From Octopus vulgaris (taxonomy: Eukaryota): 64,000 nt of DNA. Below are positions 1 to 12,747 of the stretch, one piece after another; the stretch's first letter is position 1, and each line of letters starts with the position of its first letter. A program made the position numbers and the translations under genes. The DNA is taken from NCBI GenBank assembly GCA_951406725.2, contig OX597839.1, forward strand, positions 3,472,001-3,536,000, read 5' to 3'. Below the pieces are notes generated by a model. It saw only the letters and a program-made list of their open reading frames with translations, was not told where the DNA came from and made no database searches.

Positions 1-995
1 TTGATACTAAAATAATTGCGGGCTTTTGAATCCCAAGATATTACAGTACATGGACCCAACATTTGATGGGATGGGTGGGACCTTTTGAGCAGTGCAGTGA
101 CGTCCAGTTTGAAGTCTGGTATAACCTTGGATGCCAAGGTTTGGTGCCAAACCCTCTAGAGTATGTTACTGCATATCTCTCCGATCTTCGCTCTTGAGAG
201 TAGAGGCGCAACCATTTCAATTTCTCCTAGTAGCTCAGCTGTTCCACTGATACAATCTTCCTGGTAAACTGCCTCAAGATCCGCTATTAATTTGACTTTG
301 TGGGTTTAGCCAGATTGAGAGCAATAATCCAGACGGCTGAGTACAAATGTTCTCCACTGAACCAGTATAATTTCGGGATTCTTTTTTCTGAAAATTCTCA
401 GAATACATCCGGCCATTCGCTTGCACATTGCCATCATCTTCGTGATACGTACATGGAATGAGGCGTTGTTGCTCAAATGAGTCCCTAGATGAAGTACTGT
501 ACTTGACTCTGTGACTGCTGATCCTTTCGATCCAAAATATTTTCGTTGCGGCGTGTGAGCAGAAGCTAGCTGACGGTGGAGGGCTTGGAATTTTCCTGCA
601 TTAGATTGCATGTTGTTTTCTTCAGACCATTCATATATGACGTCTAGGTGTTTCTGTAGAAGGTTAACATCGAGAAGTTCCTCGACTGCTTGTCGAGGAA
701 CTTTTGTATCGCCGGCATAGTTAGTAAGGGTGGCTGTCTTTGCAACTGATCGCATGTCCGAGAGAGCTACCATAAAAATCAGCGGCCTCGAGACGGTTCC
801 CTGAGACACTCCACTTGTTATTAACGTCTCATGGGAGAGGGCCACATTGGCTGCCAAAGCCTGGCTTCTGTTCGTTAAGAAGTTATACAACCACTCTCTC
901 AGTTTTTTTTTTTACTATGCCGAGTCTCCGTAAGCTTGTGACACATCATCTCATGATCGACCTTATGAAAGGCCTTTGCAAAATATATATATATA

Positions 996-1785
996 CTAGC
1001 AGTATCGCCCGGCGTTGCTCGGGTTTGTAAGGGAAATAACTCAGGAGTGGCTGTGTGGTAAGTAGCTTGCTAACCAACCACATGGTTCCGGGTTCAGTCC
1101 CACTGCGTGGCATCTTGGGCAAGTGTCTTCTGCTATAGCATCGGGCCGACCAATGCCTTGTGAGTGGATTTGGTAGACGGAAACTGAAAGAAGCCTGTCG
1201 TATGTATGTATATATATATGTGTGTGTGTATGTCCCCCTAGCATTGCTTGACAACCGATGCTGGTGTGTTTACGTCCCCGTCACTTAGCGGTTCAGCAAA
1301 AGAGACTGATAGAATAAGTACTGGGCTTACAAAGAATAAGTCCCGGGGTCGATTTGCTCGACTAAAGGCGGTGCTCCAGCATGGCCACAGTCAAATGACT
1401 GAAACAAGTAAAAGAAAAAAGAATAAAAAAAGAATGTAAGCATTTTTAGAGATGTAAAGTATAATAGCCATCTCAATATGGCTAACCACAAAGTTGGGTG
1501 TTACTGTAGCTTTTTACGTTCTGAGATTTAATAATACATTTTTAGAGAGTTACTTCCCTTATATAATAGCAACAAAATGCATTAAAAATGGGAAAAAATT
1601 ATGGTAAATTTTTTTTTAAATCGTAGACTCACCGTAGACGCGCGCTAATACCCAGAAGGGCTCGATATGAATCAAGACTATAAGATACCCGCTTTTGGTT
1701 ACACTGCACCGCAAAATGTGGGAGTAGTTAGGAATCTAAATCGTAGGAGACAGACACCACACAACTTCAGTTTTATATATAAAGA
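996..1785 (-). mobile_element. Non-autonomous Helitron inserted in the LINE RT
   Basis: On the minus strand it starts TCTTTATATATAAAA and ends CCCGAGCAACGCCGGG hairpin + ...CTAG, inserted between A and T with no TSD. Second copy at 46396-46907. Confidence 0.8.
1042..1435 (+). mobile_element. tRNA-derived SINE family A (full length) inside the Helitron
   Basis: A/B-box-like head (GGCTGTGTGGTAAG...GGTTCAGTCCC), CORE-like CTTGGGCAAGTGTCTT, internal microsatellite, GACTGAAACAAGTAAAAGA tail. Many copies in the window. Confidence 0.85.
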
Positions 1786-2501
1786 TATCGCATCCAGGTT
1801 TGAACGATTCATTAATTGTTTCAGCACCCATTTATAATGCTGCAGAAGCTGTGCAAGGCAGCTTCTTCCTGCAGGGTGTCAGAGAGCAAGCTCATTATCT
1901 TAAGAAACGTGATCAGCTTCCTCCATACAATGCATTCCATGATTTTGCTGACATATATGACATTAAAGTGACAGGCCTATCATGTTTAACATCCGTTCTA
2001 CTACTTACTTGTCGGATATGACATATTATGCCTTCCTTTAACTTTCTGGTAAGCCTCTCGCTTGTAAGGAAACTCTGGAAGAAGGGTCTGTAGTGGTTTT
2101 GCTAGAGCCCCTTTGCATTTCTTTAGGAGGGTTGTTGGAAACTCATCAGGGCCCGTGACTGAGTTTAAGCTGATATTATGGCTGATATTACATCAGTTTC
2201 TTCAATTTTGACGTAATCAATAATTGCCATCTCTTTGGGTAGAATTGTGGTACAGAGGATCTCACCAGGCGCAGCTATTTGCAAGTACCCCACCACAGTT
2301 GTGAAACCACTTTTGTATTGCACACTCTGTATTTCATTTACCTTCTGGGGGTCTGCAGTCAGTGAACCATATTTTTTTTAACAATAGCCCTATCATGTAC
2401 CATACTGAAGCAGGCTCTTTTGCAAATCGATAGAAGGCTTAGGGATTTGTTCTTACATTTTTTTACAGTGCTGGCTTCTTTTTCTTCCTATCCTTTTCAT
2501 G

Positions 2502-2797
2502 TTGTTTGTTCCTTATCGAGCCATGCCTGGCTCATAAGGGCCGGTTTCCTTGGCGTATAGGTTCCCCACCTGGACGTGACGCCGGTCCGTCGCAGGTGAG
2601 GTGCAAGATGCAGGAGGAAAGAGTGAGAGAAAGTTGTAGCGAAAGAGTCAGCAGCAGCTCGCTATTACCTTCTGCCGGAGCCGCGTGGAGCTTAGGTGTT
2701 TCGCTCATAAATACACACATCGCCCGGTCTGAGATTCGAACCCGCGATCTCTCGACCGCGAGTCCGCTGCTCTAACCACTAGGCCATGTGCCTCCAC
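2502..2797 (-). mobile_element. tRNA(Arg)-like-headed SINE family C with TSD
   Basis: Head GTGGAGGCACATGGCCTAGTGGTTAGAGC...GGTTCGAATC. 13-bp TSD TATCCTTTTCATG (2489-2501) / TCTCCTTTTCATG (2798-2810). Confidence 0.85.
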
Positions 2798-3029
2798 TCT
2801 CCTTTTCATGGGAGTGTTTGACTTCGCTTCAGTCTCAATCAATCTCAAGCAACGTTTGTTTGAGATAGGATTCTTCACTATTTGTTACTGGCCCATGTAG
2901 ACGGTTTGAGACCTTTGTTCATCGTTTCATTAGAATCTTCCGATCCTTTGGAATTATGCTTGCTTGTCGGTTTGACAATATCTCTGGAGCAAACTTGATG
3001 CATATGCCATACATGTTATAAGAAGTGTG

Positions 3030-3200
3030 CAGACCCCTCAGCTTATCAAAAGTACCAGAGAAAAGCTACGGCGAAATCCTCGTTGTTCCGTCAGAAAACT
3101 GGCTGCCACAGCAAAAAAATAAGCCGATCATCGATGTATCGAGTGCTGAAGGAGGATCTCAGGACCCACCCCTACAAGATGATCCGCCGCCATGAACTAG
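3030..3200 (+). mobile_element. Tc1/mariner-superfamily transposase fragment (HTH region)
   Basis: ISRSSMYRVLKEDLRTHPYK resembles the HTH-to-linker segment of DD37D/DD41D transposases. Confidence 0.55.
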
Positions 3201-3304
3201 GACCCGGCACCATTCCACAGCTTCCACAGATACAAAACGCGCGTGTGTGTATAGTTATGCGTACATATACACAAATAAACACACACACACATTTTTTTTT
3301 CTAT

Positions 3305-3724
3305 TTCTTTTATTCTTATACTACTTTCAGTCATTTTGACTGCCGCCAAGCTGGAGCACCGCCCTGAAGGGTCTTTAGTCGAACAAATCGACCTCGGGAC
3401 TTATTGATTAAGCCTAATACCGAACCGCTAAGTTACGCGGACGTAAACATACCAAAACCGGTTGGCAAGCGGTGATAGTGGAGGCACACACACACACACA
3501 CACACAGACACACACAAACACACACACATACACACACACACACGCACATGTATACGACTGTTTTTTTTTTTTTCAGTTTCCATCGACAAAATCCACTCAC
3601 AAGGCTTTAGTCGGCCCGTGGCTATCGTTGAAGACACTTGCCCAAGCTGTCACGCAGTGGGGACTGAACCTGGAACCATGTATTTGGCTATGAAACTTTT
3701 TACCAGACAACCACGCCTGCGCCT
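3305..3724 (-). mobile_element. SINE family A
   Basis: Reverse-complement homology to 1042-1435. Confidence 0.8.
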
Positions 3725-3790
3725 GACTCATTTACTTTTCCCATCTAAAACAAAAAGATATACTCAGCACCCCCTCTTTCTCCCTCCCTC

Positions 3791-3825
<35 letters not shown>

Positions 3826-4131
3826 ATTACGTACACAAACAAATAGACGGGCAATTAACTAACTAATCGATGCAAATTCGATAAAGCGGACGCAAAGAGA
3901 CACCATATAAATCAATGTCCCAAGTGGATCTGAAGCTAATGCCGAGATGTTAAGCTTCGGGAAAGAAAAAGACAACGCCTGTTGTTTCTGCGGTCGATCG
4001 TAATTGTTTGGCCCTAATGGCTTAAACAGCTGATGGGGGTAGTTAAAATACACGTTCAACGTACTCTAAGACGTACTCAACAATAGAAACATGCGTGAGT
4101 GTGTATGTATCTCTGTATACAAATACACAAA

Positions 4132-4172
<41 letters not shown>

Positions 4173-4230
4173 GCGCATTCAAGCACACAAACACATACAC
4201 ACTCACGATTATATATATATATATATATCC

Positions 4231-4443
4231 TGCCAGCTCCGTCTGGCACCTGTGCGGGTGGCACGTAAAAAGCACCCACTACACTCACGGAGTGGTTGGC
4301 GTTAGGAAGGGCATCCAGCCGTAGAAACACTGCCAGATCAGACTGGGCCTGATGCAGCCTTCCGGCTTCGCAGTCCCCAGTTGAACCGTCCAACCCATGC
4401 TAGCATGGAAAGCGGACGCTAAATGATGATGATGATGATGATG
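4231..4443 (+). mobile_element. SINE 3' part (family D) with (GAT)n tail
   Basis: TGGTTGGCGTTAGGAAGGGCATCCAGCCGTAGAAAC motif typical of RTE-partnered SINEs; ends GGACGCTAAATGATGATG. Confidence 0.6.
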
Positions 4444-4529
4444 ATATATATATATATATAATGTTATTTTTATTTATTTCGTCTAGTTTCAGCTCACGAG
4501 GTGTGGCCATGCTGGGGCACCGCCATTAA

Positions 4530-4745
4530 ATAATAAATGCGCCCTTTTAAAGCCTAGCCAGGTTCATGGCCCCGGTTTCCCGGTTTCTATGACGCTAGTC
4601 CATCACACCGTTACTCATTTTTGCCATTAGAGTGGACTGGAGCAACGTGAAATGAAGTGTTTTGCTCAAGAACACAACGCGACGCCCGGTCCAGGAATCG
4701 AAACCACAATCTTACGATCATGATGCTGACACCCCAACCACTAAA
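4530..4745 (-). mobile_element. tRNA-headed SINE (family C-related)
   Basis: Minus strand: TAGTGGTTGGGGTG...GGTTTCGATTCCTGGACCGGGCG...GAAACCGGGAAACCGGGGCCATGAACCTGGCTAGG. Confidence 0.7.
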
Positions 4746-4839
4746 CCGGACAAAACTGAGATGTAAGCAACAGTCACTTCGATTAGTCGTTTCGAATCCT
4801 GCTCGAGACTGACACACCTCAATAACCACTACGTAATCA

Positions 4840-5190
4840 CACGGTTCCGGGTTCAGTCCCACTGCGTGGCATCTTGGGCAAGTGTCTTCTGCTATAGTCT
4901 CGGGCCGACCAAAGCCTTGTGAGTGGATTTGGTAGACGGAAACTGAAAGAAGCCTGTCGTATATATGTATGTGTGTATATGTTTGTGTGTCTGTGTTTGT
5001 CCCTCTAGCATTGCTTGACAACCGATGCTGGTCTGTTTACGTCCCCGTTACTTAGCGGTTCGGCAAAAGTGACCGATAGAATAAGTACTGGGCTTACAAA
5101 GAATAAGTCTCGGAGGTCGATTTGCTCGACTAAAGGCGGTGCTCCAGCATGGCCGCAGTCAAATGACTGAAACAAGTAAAAGAGTAAAGA
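4840..5190 (+). mobile_element. SINE family A, 5'-truncated
   Basis: Direct homology to 1083-1435. Confidence 0.8.
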
Positions 5191-5269
5191 GTACACTATA
5201 TACTGACACACACACTATTTCTGTTTTGTTTTCGCTTTTAAACGTCCTCGCGCCCCACTTCCTATTTAC

Positions 5270-5875
5270 GATGGGGCCTCGAACTATACGATGAAAATCC
5301 AGAGTTACTTGGAGTCGGTGAATTTTTAATAAAAATGCGAAGGTGGTTTATCGATTGAAAAATTAATATCCACGAAATAATCCTGCTTTCTGATTATTTT
5401 TTAATGCTAAAAACCTTCCTGACGACCGTCTTTGTAATCCAGCAAAATATCATAACCGTTGGTCCATCCGTCTGGCTGTGAAGCGCGAACAAACAAAGAG
5501 ATGGACAGAGAGATAGACAGACGGACATAACGCCCATTATAGTAAGAGAGCAAATTTGCCCATCTACAATGGGAAATAAAGGGATAATATCGCAAATCTA
5601 AACCCTCTAAGTTCACGAAATATACGGGGAAGGGGTTCCAGAGTTCATCCTCGTCACCGGAATTTTAACAAAAAAAAACAAAAAAAAAAATCAAAGGTGA
5701 TTTATTAATAGAAAACTCAATATCCACTAAATAATCATATTTTTTCAAATTTTTTTCGCTAAACACCTTCCTGATTACCTCCTAAAACCATCGTGACCAT
5801 TGGTCCAGCCGTTTGACCGTGAAGAGGAAACAGATGGACAGACAGACGGACATAACGCCCATTATAGAAAGATTA
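5270..5875 (-). mobile_element. Two tandem non-autonomous Helitron-like 5' segments
   Basis: Direct repeat of ~320-bp period (AAACCTTCCTGA...TTGGTCCA...GACGGACATAACGCCCATTATAG). Minus strand begins TC(T)...CTATAAT..GTCCGTCTGTC, as in Helitron-N 5' ends. Confidence 0.55.
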
Positions 5876-5971
5876 TACATACATACATACATACATACAT
5901 ACATACATACATACATACATACATGCATATATATATATGTATGTATGTATGTATGTGTGTATGTATATATG

Positions 5972-6018
<47 letters not shown>

Positions 6019-6212
6019 ATATATGTATATATATATATATATATATGATTTGAATAACACCTGCATTTGACTCCTTTATTAGTAGGCTGTAATATCCCTG
6101 ACACTTATGCGAATTTTTGCTACCCTGGTAACTATTTATTAATTTTTCCTTGTTATTTGTACACATTGAAAAAAATACACATACATACATACATACATAC
6201 ATACATACATAC

Positions 6213-6269
<57 letters not shown>

Positions 6270-6517
6270 CGCGCTCACACACACGTGAATATATCTATAC
6301 GCGCACATGTGTCTTTGTGGTTGTGTTTGTTCTCCTCCGTCGCTTGACAACCGTTATTGAAAGATTCAGCGAAACGGATCGATTGAATAAGTACCAGGCT
6401 TAAAAACAACGCCATACTTTGGTTGATTCATTCTATTAAAACCCTCCAAAGCCATGACCCCACCCCCATCATGACCGCAGTCCAATGACTGAAACAAGCG
6501 AAAGATAAAACCAGCTC

Positions 6518-6718
<201 letters not shown>

Positions 6719-7199
6719 TTTTTGCTCGTTTTGACGAAACTGTTTGCTCCATCAACATGGTATTAAGTCTAATACAAGGCAGATATAATAAATATATTTT
6801 GGGGACAATTTATAAATACGTAACGGACGATGTCTGTAACATAGTAACTCCCCCTACACAAGGAAAATACTAATGATTACGTTAGTCAAATTTAATAACA
6901 GCCAATAACTACTTCAGTCGCCATTACAAGCTATGGTAATCGCTAATAGCTACCACAGCCGACGATTACTAGCCATCATAAGCACCATTAACTATTACGA
7001 CTACTGTTACTAAATATACTGCTGAATGACAATAATTCTTTCTAATTTTGGCATAAGAGCAGCAATTTTGAGGGGAGGGGCAGTTCAAATAGGTTGGCTC
7101 CAGTGCTCAACTGGTACTTATTTTATCGACCCCGAAAGGATGAAAGGTAAAATCGACCTCGGCGGAATTTGAACTCAGAACGTAAAGACGTATGACCTA

Positions 7200-7585
7200 C
7201 TCTTACTCTTTACTCTTTTACTTGTTTCAGTCATTTTACTGCGGCCATGCTGGAGCACCGCCTTTAGTCGAGCAAATCGACCCCGGGACTTATTCTTTGT
7301 AAGCCCAGTACTTATTCTATCGGTCTCTTTTGCCGAACCGCTAAGTGACGGGGACGTAAACACACCAGCATCGGTTGTCAAGCAATGCTAGGGGGACAAA
7401 CACATACACACATATATACATATATACGACAGGCTTCTTTCAGTTTCCGTCTACCAAATCCACTCACAAGGCATTGGTCGGCCCGGAGCTATAGCAGAAG
7501 ACACTTGCCCAAGATGCCACGCAGTGGAACTGAACCCGGTACCATGTGGTTGGTTAGCAAGCTACTTACCACACAGCCACTCCTG
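7200..7585 (-). mobile_element. SINE family A inserted into a family B SINE
   Basis: Near-identical to 60736-61144; flanked by family B pieces (7045-7190, 7586-7632). Confidence 0.8.
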
Positions 7586-8320
7586 TCGCTAAGCGTTTTG
7601 CTCAGCATGTTAACGATTTTGCTAGCTCATCACCTTAATAATAATAATAATTCTTTCTATTATAAGCACACGGCCTGAAATTTGGGGGGAGGGTTCAACC
7701 GATGTTCGACTGGTATTTATTTTATCGATTCCGAAAGGATGAGGGGCAAAGTCGACCTCGGCGGAATTTGAACTCAGAGCGTATCAAATTTTGAAACAAA
7801 ATCAGAAATTGTACGGAAGGGTGGAAGGCGACTACAAGGACGAAAGACAAAGCAACCGCGGTGGAATTTGAACTCAGAACGTAAAGACGGACGAAACGCC
7901 ATTAAGCATTTTGCCCGGCGTGTTAACGATTCTGCCAGCTCGCAACCTTTTCACAAGTAATAAAATCGCTTTCAAATTTTGGCACTAATCCAGGAATTGC
8001 TGGATTAAATGGGAGTCGATTACATCGACCCCAATGGACAACTGGTACTTATTTTATCGACCCCGAAAAGATGGAAGGCAGTCGACACAGCTGAACACAG
8101 AACGTAACTCAGAACTAAATGTCGCTAAATATTTGGCCCGACATGCTAACGATTCGTCTAGATCACAGCTTTTATCAGTTCGCTGTGTGTGGAGTGCTCA
8201 GCCACTTGCACGTTAATTTCACGAGCCATGTGTTCCTTTGATCGGATCAACTGGGACACTCACCGTCGCAATCGACGAAGTGCTCCTTTTTTTATCGAAG
8301 TGTATGTATGTATGTATATA

Positions 8321-8384
<64 letters not shown>

Positions 8385-8529
8385 TACATACATACATACA
8401 CTTCGATATATATATATATATATACATACATACATACATACATACATACATACACTTCGATAAAAAAAAGAGCACTCTGTCGATTGCGACGGTGAGTGTC
8501 CCAGTTGATCCGATCAAAAGAACACCTGG

Positions 8530-8581
<52 letters not shown>

Positions 8582-8583
<2 letters not shown>

Positions 8584-8748
8584 GTTTCCTTGTTTCTCTC
8601 CTTGTTTTTTTCTGTGTCCCTTTCTGTAGAAGAGCGTAGGCTCGAAACGTAAAAGGCTTTTTCTATTCCTGAGCGTTATACTAATACATCTGTTTGTTTT
8701 GTACATCACCTGTCTTCGTCTTTTGTTTTTTTTTTTGTGAACTCTCCC
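8582..8748 (+). mobile_element. ~170-bp (TA)n-embedded element carrying a hammerhead-like motif (8619-8656)
   Basis: Homologous to 40360-40572, 43960-44160 and 44462-44632; bounded by TA repeats. Confidence 0.7.
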
Positions 8749-9217
8749 TATATATATATATACGCACACCACATAAGCACACACGTATGTATATGTGTTT
8801 GTATTGAGTATATTTATATATGCAGGCGTATGTGTGTATGCAAGGATATTTATATGCTCATACACACATACAAATAAAAAGAGAGAGAGAGAGAGGAGAG
8901 CAAATGAGGGAGGGGTGAGAAAGTGGTGGAGTGGGAGAGAGACGGGGGAGGGAATAGTAGGAGAAATAGGCTTGGTTGTCTTGTTAAGAAGTGATGTTTA
9001 TGTCCTATAACCTAACACCTCGACAATAGTGATCAATAAAATAAGTTAGAGATAGATAACAGTTCTAGGATCGATATAATCGACTAAATGCATTGAATGG
9101 ATTGCTCTAGAATGACCACCGTCCAGTACATGAGGATAATAAAAGATTTAGAGAATACACACCTATGTGTATGTGTGAAGTGTGTCTGCGCGCGTGTGTA
9201 TATATATATGTACATAC

Positions 9218-9280
<63 letters not shown>

Positions 9281-9284
<4 letters not shown>

Positions 9285-9595
9285 AAAAAATAAAAACGGA
9301 AAATACGCACACTTACATGGTTATAGTATAATTTTTAATGTATCGACCCGTTTCGCAATCGCTATTCATGATACAATGTTTAATTTATATGAAAATATAT
9401 TGTTTCTTAAGAAGAAAATGGGTCCATGTTGTTTATAATGAGATTCACTCGTGAATCTCTTTCTTCTTAAGAAAAAAAATATTTTCATATAAATTAAACA
9501 TTGTATCATGAATAGCGATTGCGAAACCGGTCGATACATTAAAAATTATACTATAACCATGTAAGTGTGCGTATTTTCCGTTTTTATTTTTCTTA
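9281..9595. repeat. Fold-back inverted repeat, ~137-bp arms, 42-nt spacer
   Basis: 9281-9417 is the reverse complement of 9460-9595 with few mismatches. The spacer has its own hairpin GAGATTCAC-TC-GTGAATCTC. Confidence 0.95.
9502..9538 (+). ncRNA. Candidate minimal type I hammerhead ribozyme, A3-U8 variant
   Basis: TGTATC-ATGAATA-GCGATTGC-GAAAC-CG-GTC-GATACA: 6-bp stem I, short stem II, palindromic stem III, GUC triplet. Mirror copy at 9339-9375 (-). Confidence 0.6.
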
Positions 9596-9648
9596 TATAC
9601 ATTACAATCCACCACGTGGGGACAACCGAAATTCCTCTTTTCTGTTAC

Positions 9649-9727
<79 letters not shown>

Positions 9728-9937
9728 CACACACACATGCACACACATATATATATGTATGTATATATATATAAAAACTTAGATAAAATTTAGATATGTT
9801 TTGACCAAAGATTGGTCCAGGCCATGTCTAACTTAATAGCACCACCTGATAGGATTATCTGAATCCTGTTTAAGTCAAGTTTTGTTTATGGTCCATTCAA
9901 GTAGTGAGTTTTTGTGATATATATTTATATATATATC

Positions 9938-10100
9938 TACAGTAATCCCTTGCTATATCGCAGTTCACTTATCACGGTTTATCATTTAAGCTTATGTCAA
10001 TTCCTCCGTTGTTGTTGTTTTGCATTTATGATAAAATAAATTTATACAAATGATAAAAATGATGAAAAAAAAATACAGTACAGTACTTTCTACTTCGACG
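9938..10100 (+). mobile_element. pogo/Tigger-like MITE end
   Basis: TA-CAGTAATCCCTTGCTATATCGCAGTTCAC resembles a Tigger-type TIR; the partner TIR is not seen. Confidence 0.4.
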
Positions 10101-10151
10101 AACAAAAGAGGGAAGGGGAGACAACACGCACAAAACAACACCACCACCAAA

Positions 10152-10182
10152 ACCCGAGCGAAGCACGGGTCAAAATCGCTAG
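10152..10182 (+). mobile_element. Helitron 3' terminus
   Basis: ACCCGAGCGAAGCACGGGT hairpin, 8 nt, then CTAG followed by T. Confidence 0.55.
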
Positions 10183-10279
10183 TCTAAAATATAATCTGTA
10201 AAAGAATCATAAATAAATAAAAGGCAATCCGTAAATAGAGGAATAATGGACATTTTAACATTTTTTAAATAGATAGATA

Positions 10280-10507
10280 GGAGCACTCCGTCGGTTGCGA
10301 CGATGAGGGTCCCAGCTGATACGATCAACGGAACAGCTTGCTCGTGATATTAACGTGCAAGTGGCTGAGCACTCCACAGACACGTGTACCCTTAACGTAG
10401 TTCTCGAGGAGATTCAGCGTGACTCACAATGCCCGGTCTGGGAATCGAAACCGCGATCCTCCGACCGCGAGTCCGCTGCCCTAACCACTGGGCCATTGCG
10501 CCTCCAC
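10280..10507 (-). mobile_element. SINE family C, internally deleted
   Basis: Head and tail match 61846-62226; ATTTTTTAAA-like TSD. Confidence 0.8.
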
Positions 10508-10794
10508 ATTTTTTAAACATGTGTATCAACAATGACTTCTATGGTTCGAAATGACTATAATGTTCGTTCTGTCCGTCAGGAGTCGCTGGTGATATCCATG
10601 TTGTAAATCAACGCAGTAGATTATACAGTAAACTAGAACATATCACAATATTAGGCTTCTACACAATTTCCGTCTAGGAATTTCACTCACAAGGCATTGG
10701 TCGGCTGGTGGGGAGGCTTAGAAGAAGACACTTACACAAGATGCTGCACAGTGTGACTGAACCGGAAGCCTCGTGGCTTCAAAGCGAACGCCTT

Positions 10795-11095
<301 letters not shown>

Positions 11096-12071
11096 AAGAA
11101 GAAGAAGAACGCCTTAAAAACACATTTCGCACCCCACCCCTACAACCTTCCGCAATTGTTTCTTTTCCTTTGAGGCAAAAGGGTGTCTAATCCAGAACTC
11201 TACTCATTTAATTTCGTCAAATAAAACTAGTTTGGCTGGGCGTTTTTTTTCGGTATTTCTGTGATGTTCATAGAACAGGCATTACGATTCTTCTAAAAGA
11301 TTTCTTTTTTCAAAGTTTCATTGTTTTTTTTTTTATATATTGCCCTCTATCCTCTCTCATCATGACCACTAACACCACCAGCACCACCATCACCAGCAAC
11401 AACTTCCGTAATCTTTTCTATTCCTATGAGATACGAGAGTGCCTAATCGGAAGCGTTGCTCGTTTAATTTCGTTAAACAAAGCTAAGTCGACCGTAATGG
11501 ATGAAAGACAGAATTGAGAGATTCAAAAAATTTCGACATTGAATGAAGACGGAAGCAGTTAATAACGAAACGAGAAGAGATGCAATAAAAGCAATATTTT
11601 ACATACATCATTGTTTCACATTTACGATGAATGTTCATGAGTGAAAATAATAAGATGAGACATGACATATGAGCAAAATTAAAAATGTCTAAAAAAGCTA
11701 TTGTTCATGAGAATAATTAACATGTCTGCGTTAGACTTTGTGTACGAGGATAATTAATGTCTATAGAAGAGACGTTACTGTTACGTTCATGAGGATAGCT
11801 GATGTCTGTGCAACACATTGTTCATAAAAATAATTAATGACAGAGTCAATAAAAAGATTGTATTCGTCTTGTTAGCATTATCCAGAAAACTTGTAAGGTG
11901 GAAAACCGATATTTCTGGTATTTCGGACGTCGTTACGTTCAGAGGTCGACTTTGCCTTTCGTCGATAAAATAAGTAGCAGTTGAACACTGGAGTCGATGT
12001 AATCGACTCATGCCTACCCCCCCCCCCAAAAAAAAACTGCTGCCATTGTGGAAAAAATTTGAAGCCATTCA

Positions 12072-12285
12072 AGGCGGCAAGCTGGCAGAATCGTTAACGC
12101 GTCGGGCAAAATTCTTCGCGATATTTCGTCTGCCGTTACGTTCTGAGTTCAAATTCCGCCGTGGTCGACTTTGCCTTTCATTCTTTCGGGGTCAATGAAA
12201 TAAGTACCAGTTACGTACTAGGGTAGATATAATCGACTAGCCCTCTTCCCCAAAAGTTTCGAATGCCTTGTGCCTCTTGTAGAAA
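12072..12285 (+). mobile_element. tRNA-derived SINE family B
   Basis: GGCGGCAAGCTGGCAGAA head, GAGTTCAAATTCCGCC B-box, GCCTTTCATyCTTTCGGGGTC core. Confidence 0.8.
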
Positions 12286-12316
12286 TAACAACAACAACAA
12301 CAACAATAATAATATC

Positions 12317-12390
<74 letters not shown>

Positions 12391-12540
12391 CCTAGGCGGT
12401 GAGCTGGCAGAAGCGTTAGCACGCCGGTCGAAATGCTTAGCGGCATTTCGTTCGCCTTGGGCAAGTGTCTTCTACTATAGCCTCTTCCCGACCAAGCCTT
12501 GTGAGTGTATTTGGTAGACGGAAACTGAAAGAAGCCCGTC

Positions 12541-12600
<60 letters not shown>

Positions 12601-12648
12601 ATATAATATAAGTAAATAAATGGAGTTGAACGCAGGAGTTATTCAAAT

Positions 12649-12747
12649 TCTTTTACTTTCGACATATGTTTCAAAGACAACATTGGTTTTATTCCAAAGG
12701 AATAAACGGTGTAAAATAATGTAATCTTCTCATCAGGAAAAAAAGAG
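12649..12747 (-). ncRNA. Candidate type I hammerhead ribozyme with long stem II (Penelope pLTR-like context 12610-12930)
   Basis: Minus strand: TTTTC-CTGATGA-[57-nt hairpin]-GAAAC-ATAT-GTC-GAAAG. Confidence 0.7.

Larger units (their letters stand above)
1..2990 (-). mobile_element. Decayed non-LTR retrotransposon (CR1/L2-group LINE) RT region, split by nested insertions
   Basis: Minus-strand frames give RT motifs: GPDEFPTTLLKKC, RPVTLMS, GRSCLAQLL, then (across the insertion) FAKAFHKVDH, GVSQGTV..PLIF, NYAGDTK (YADD-like), SRLDYCSQ, LRLYSQERRSERY. Many frameshifts. Confidence 0.85.
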
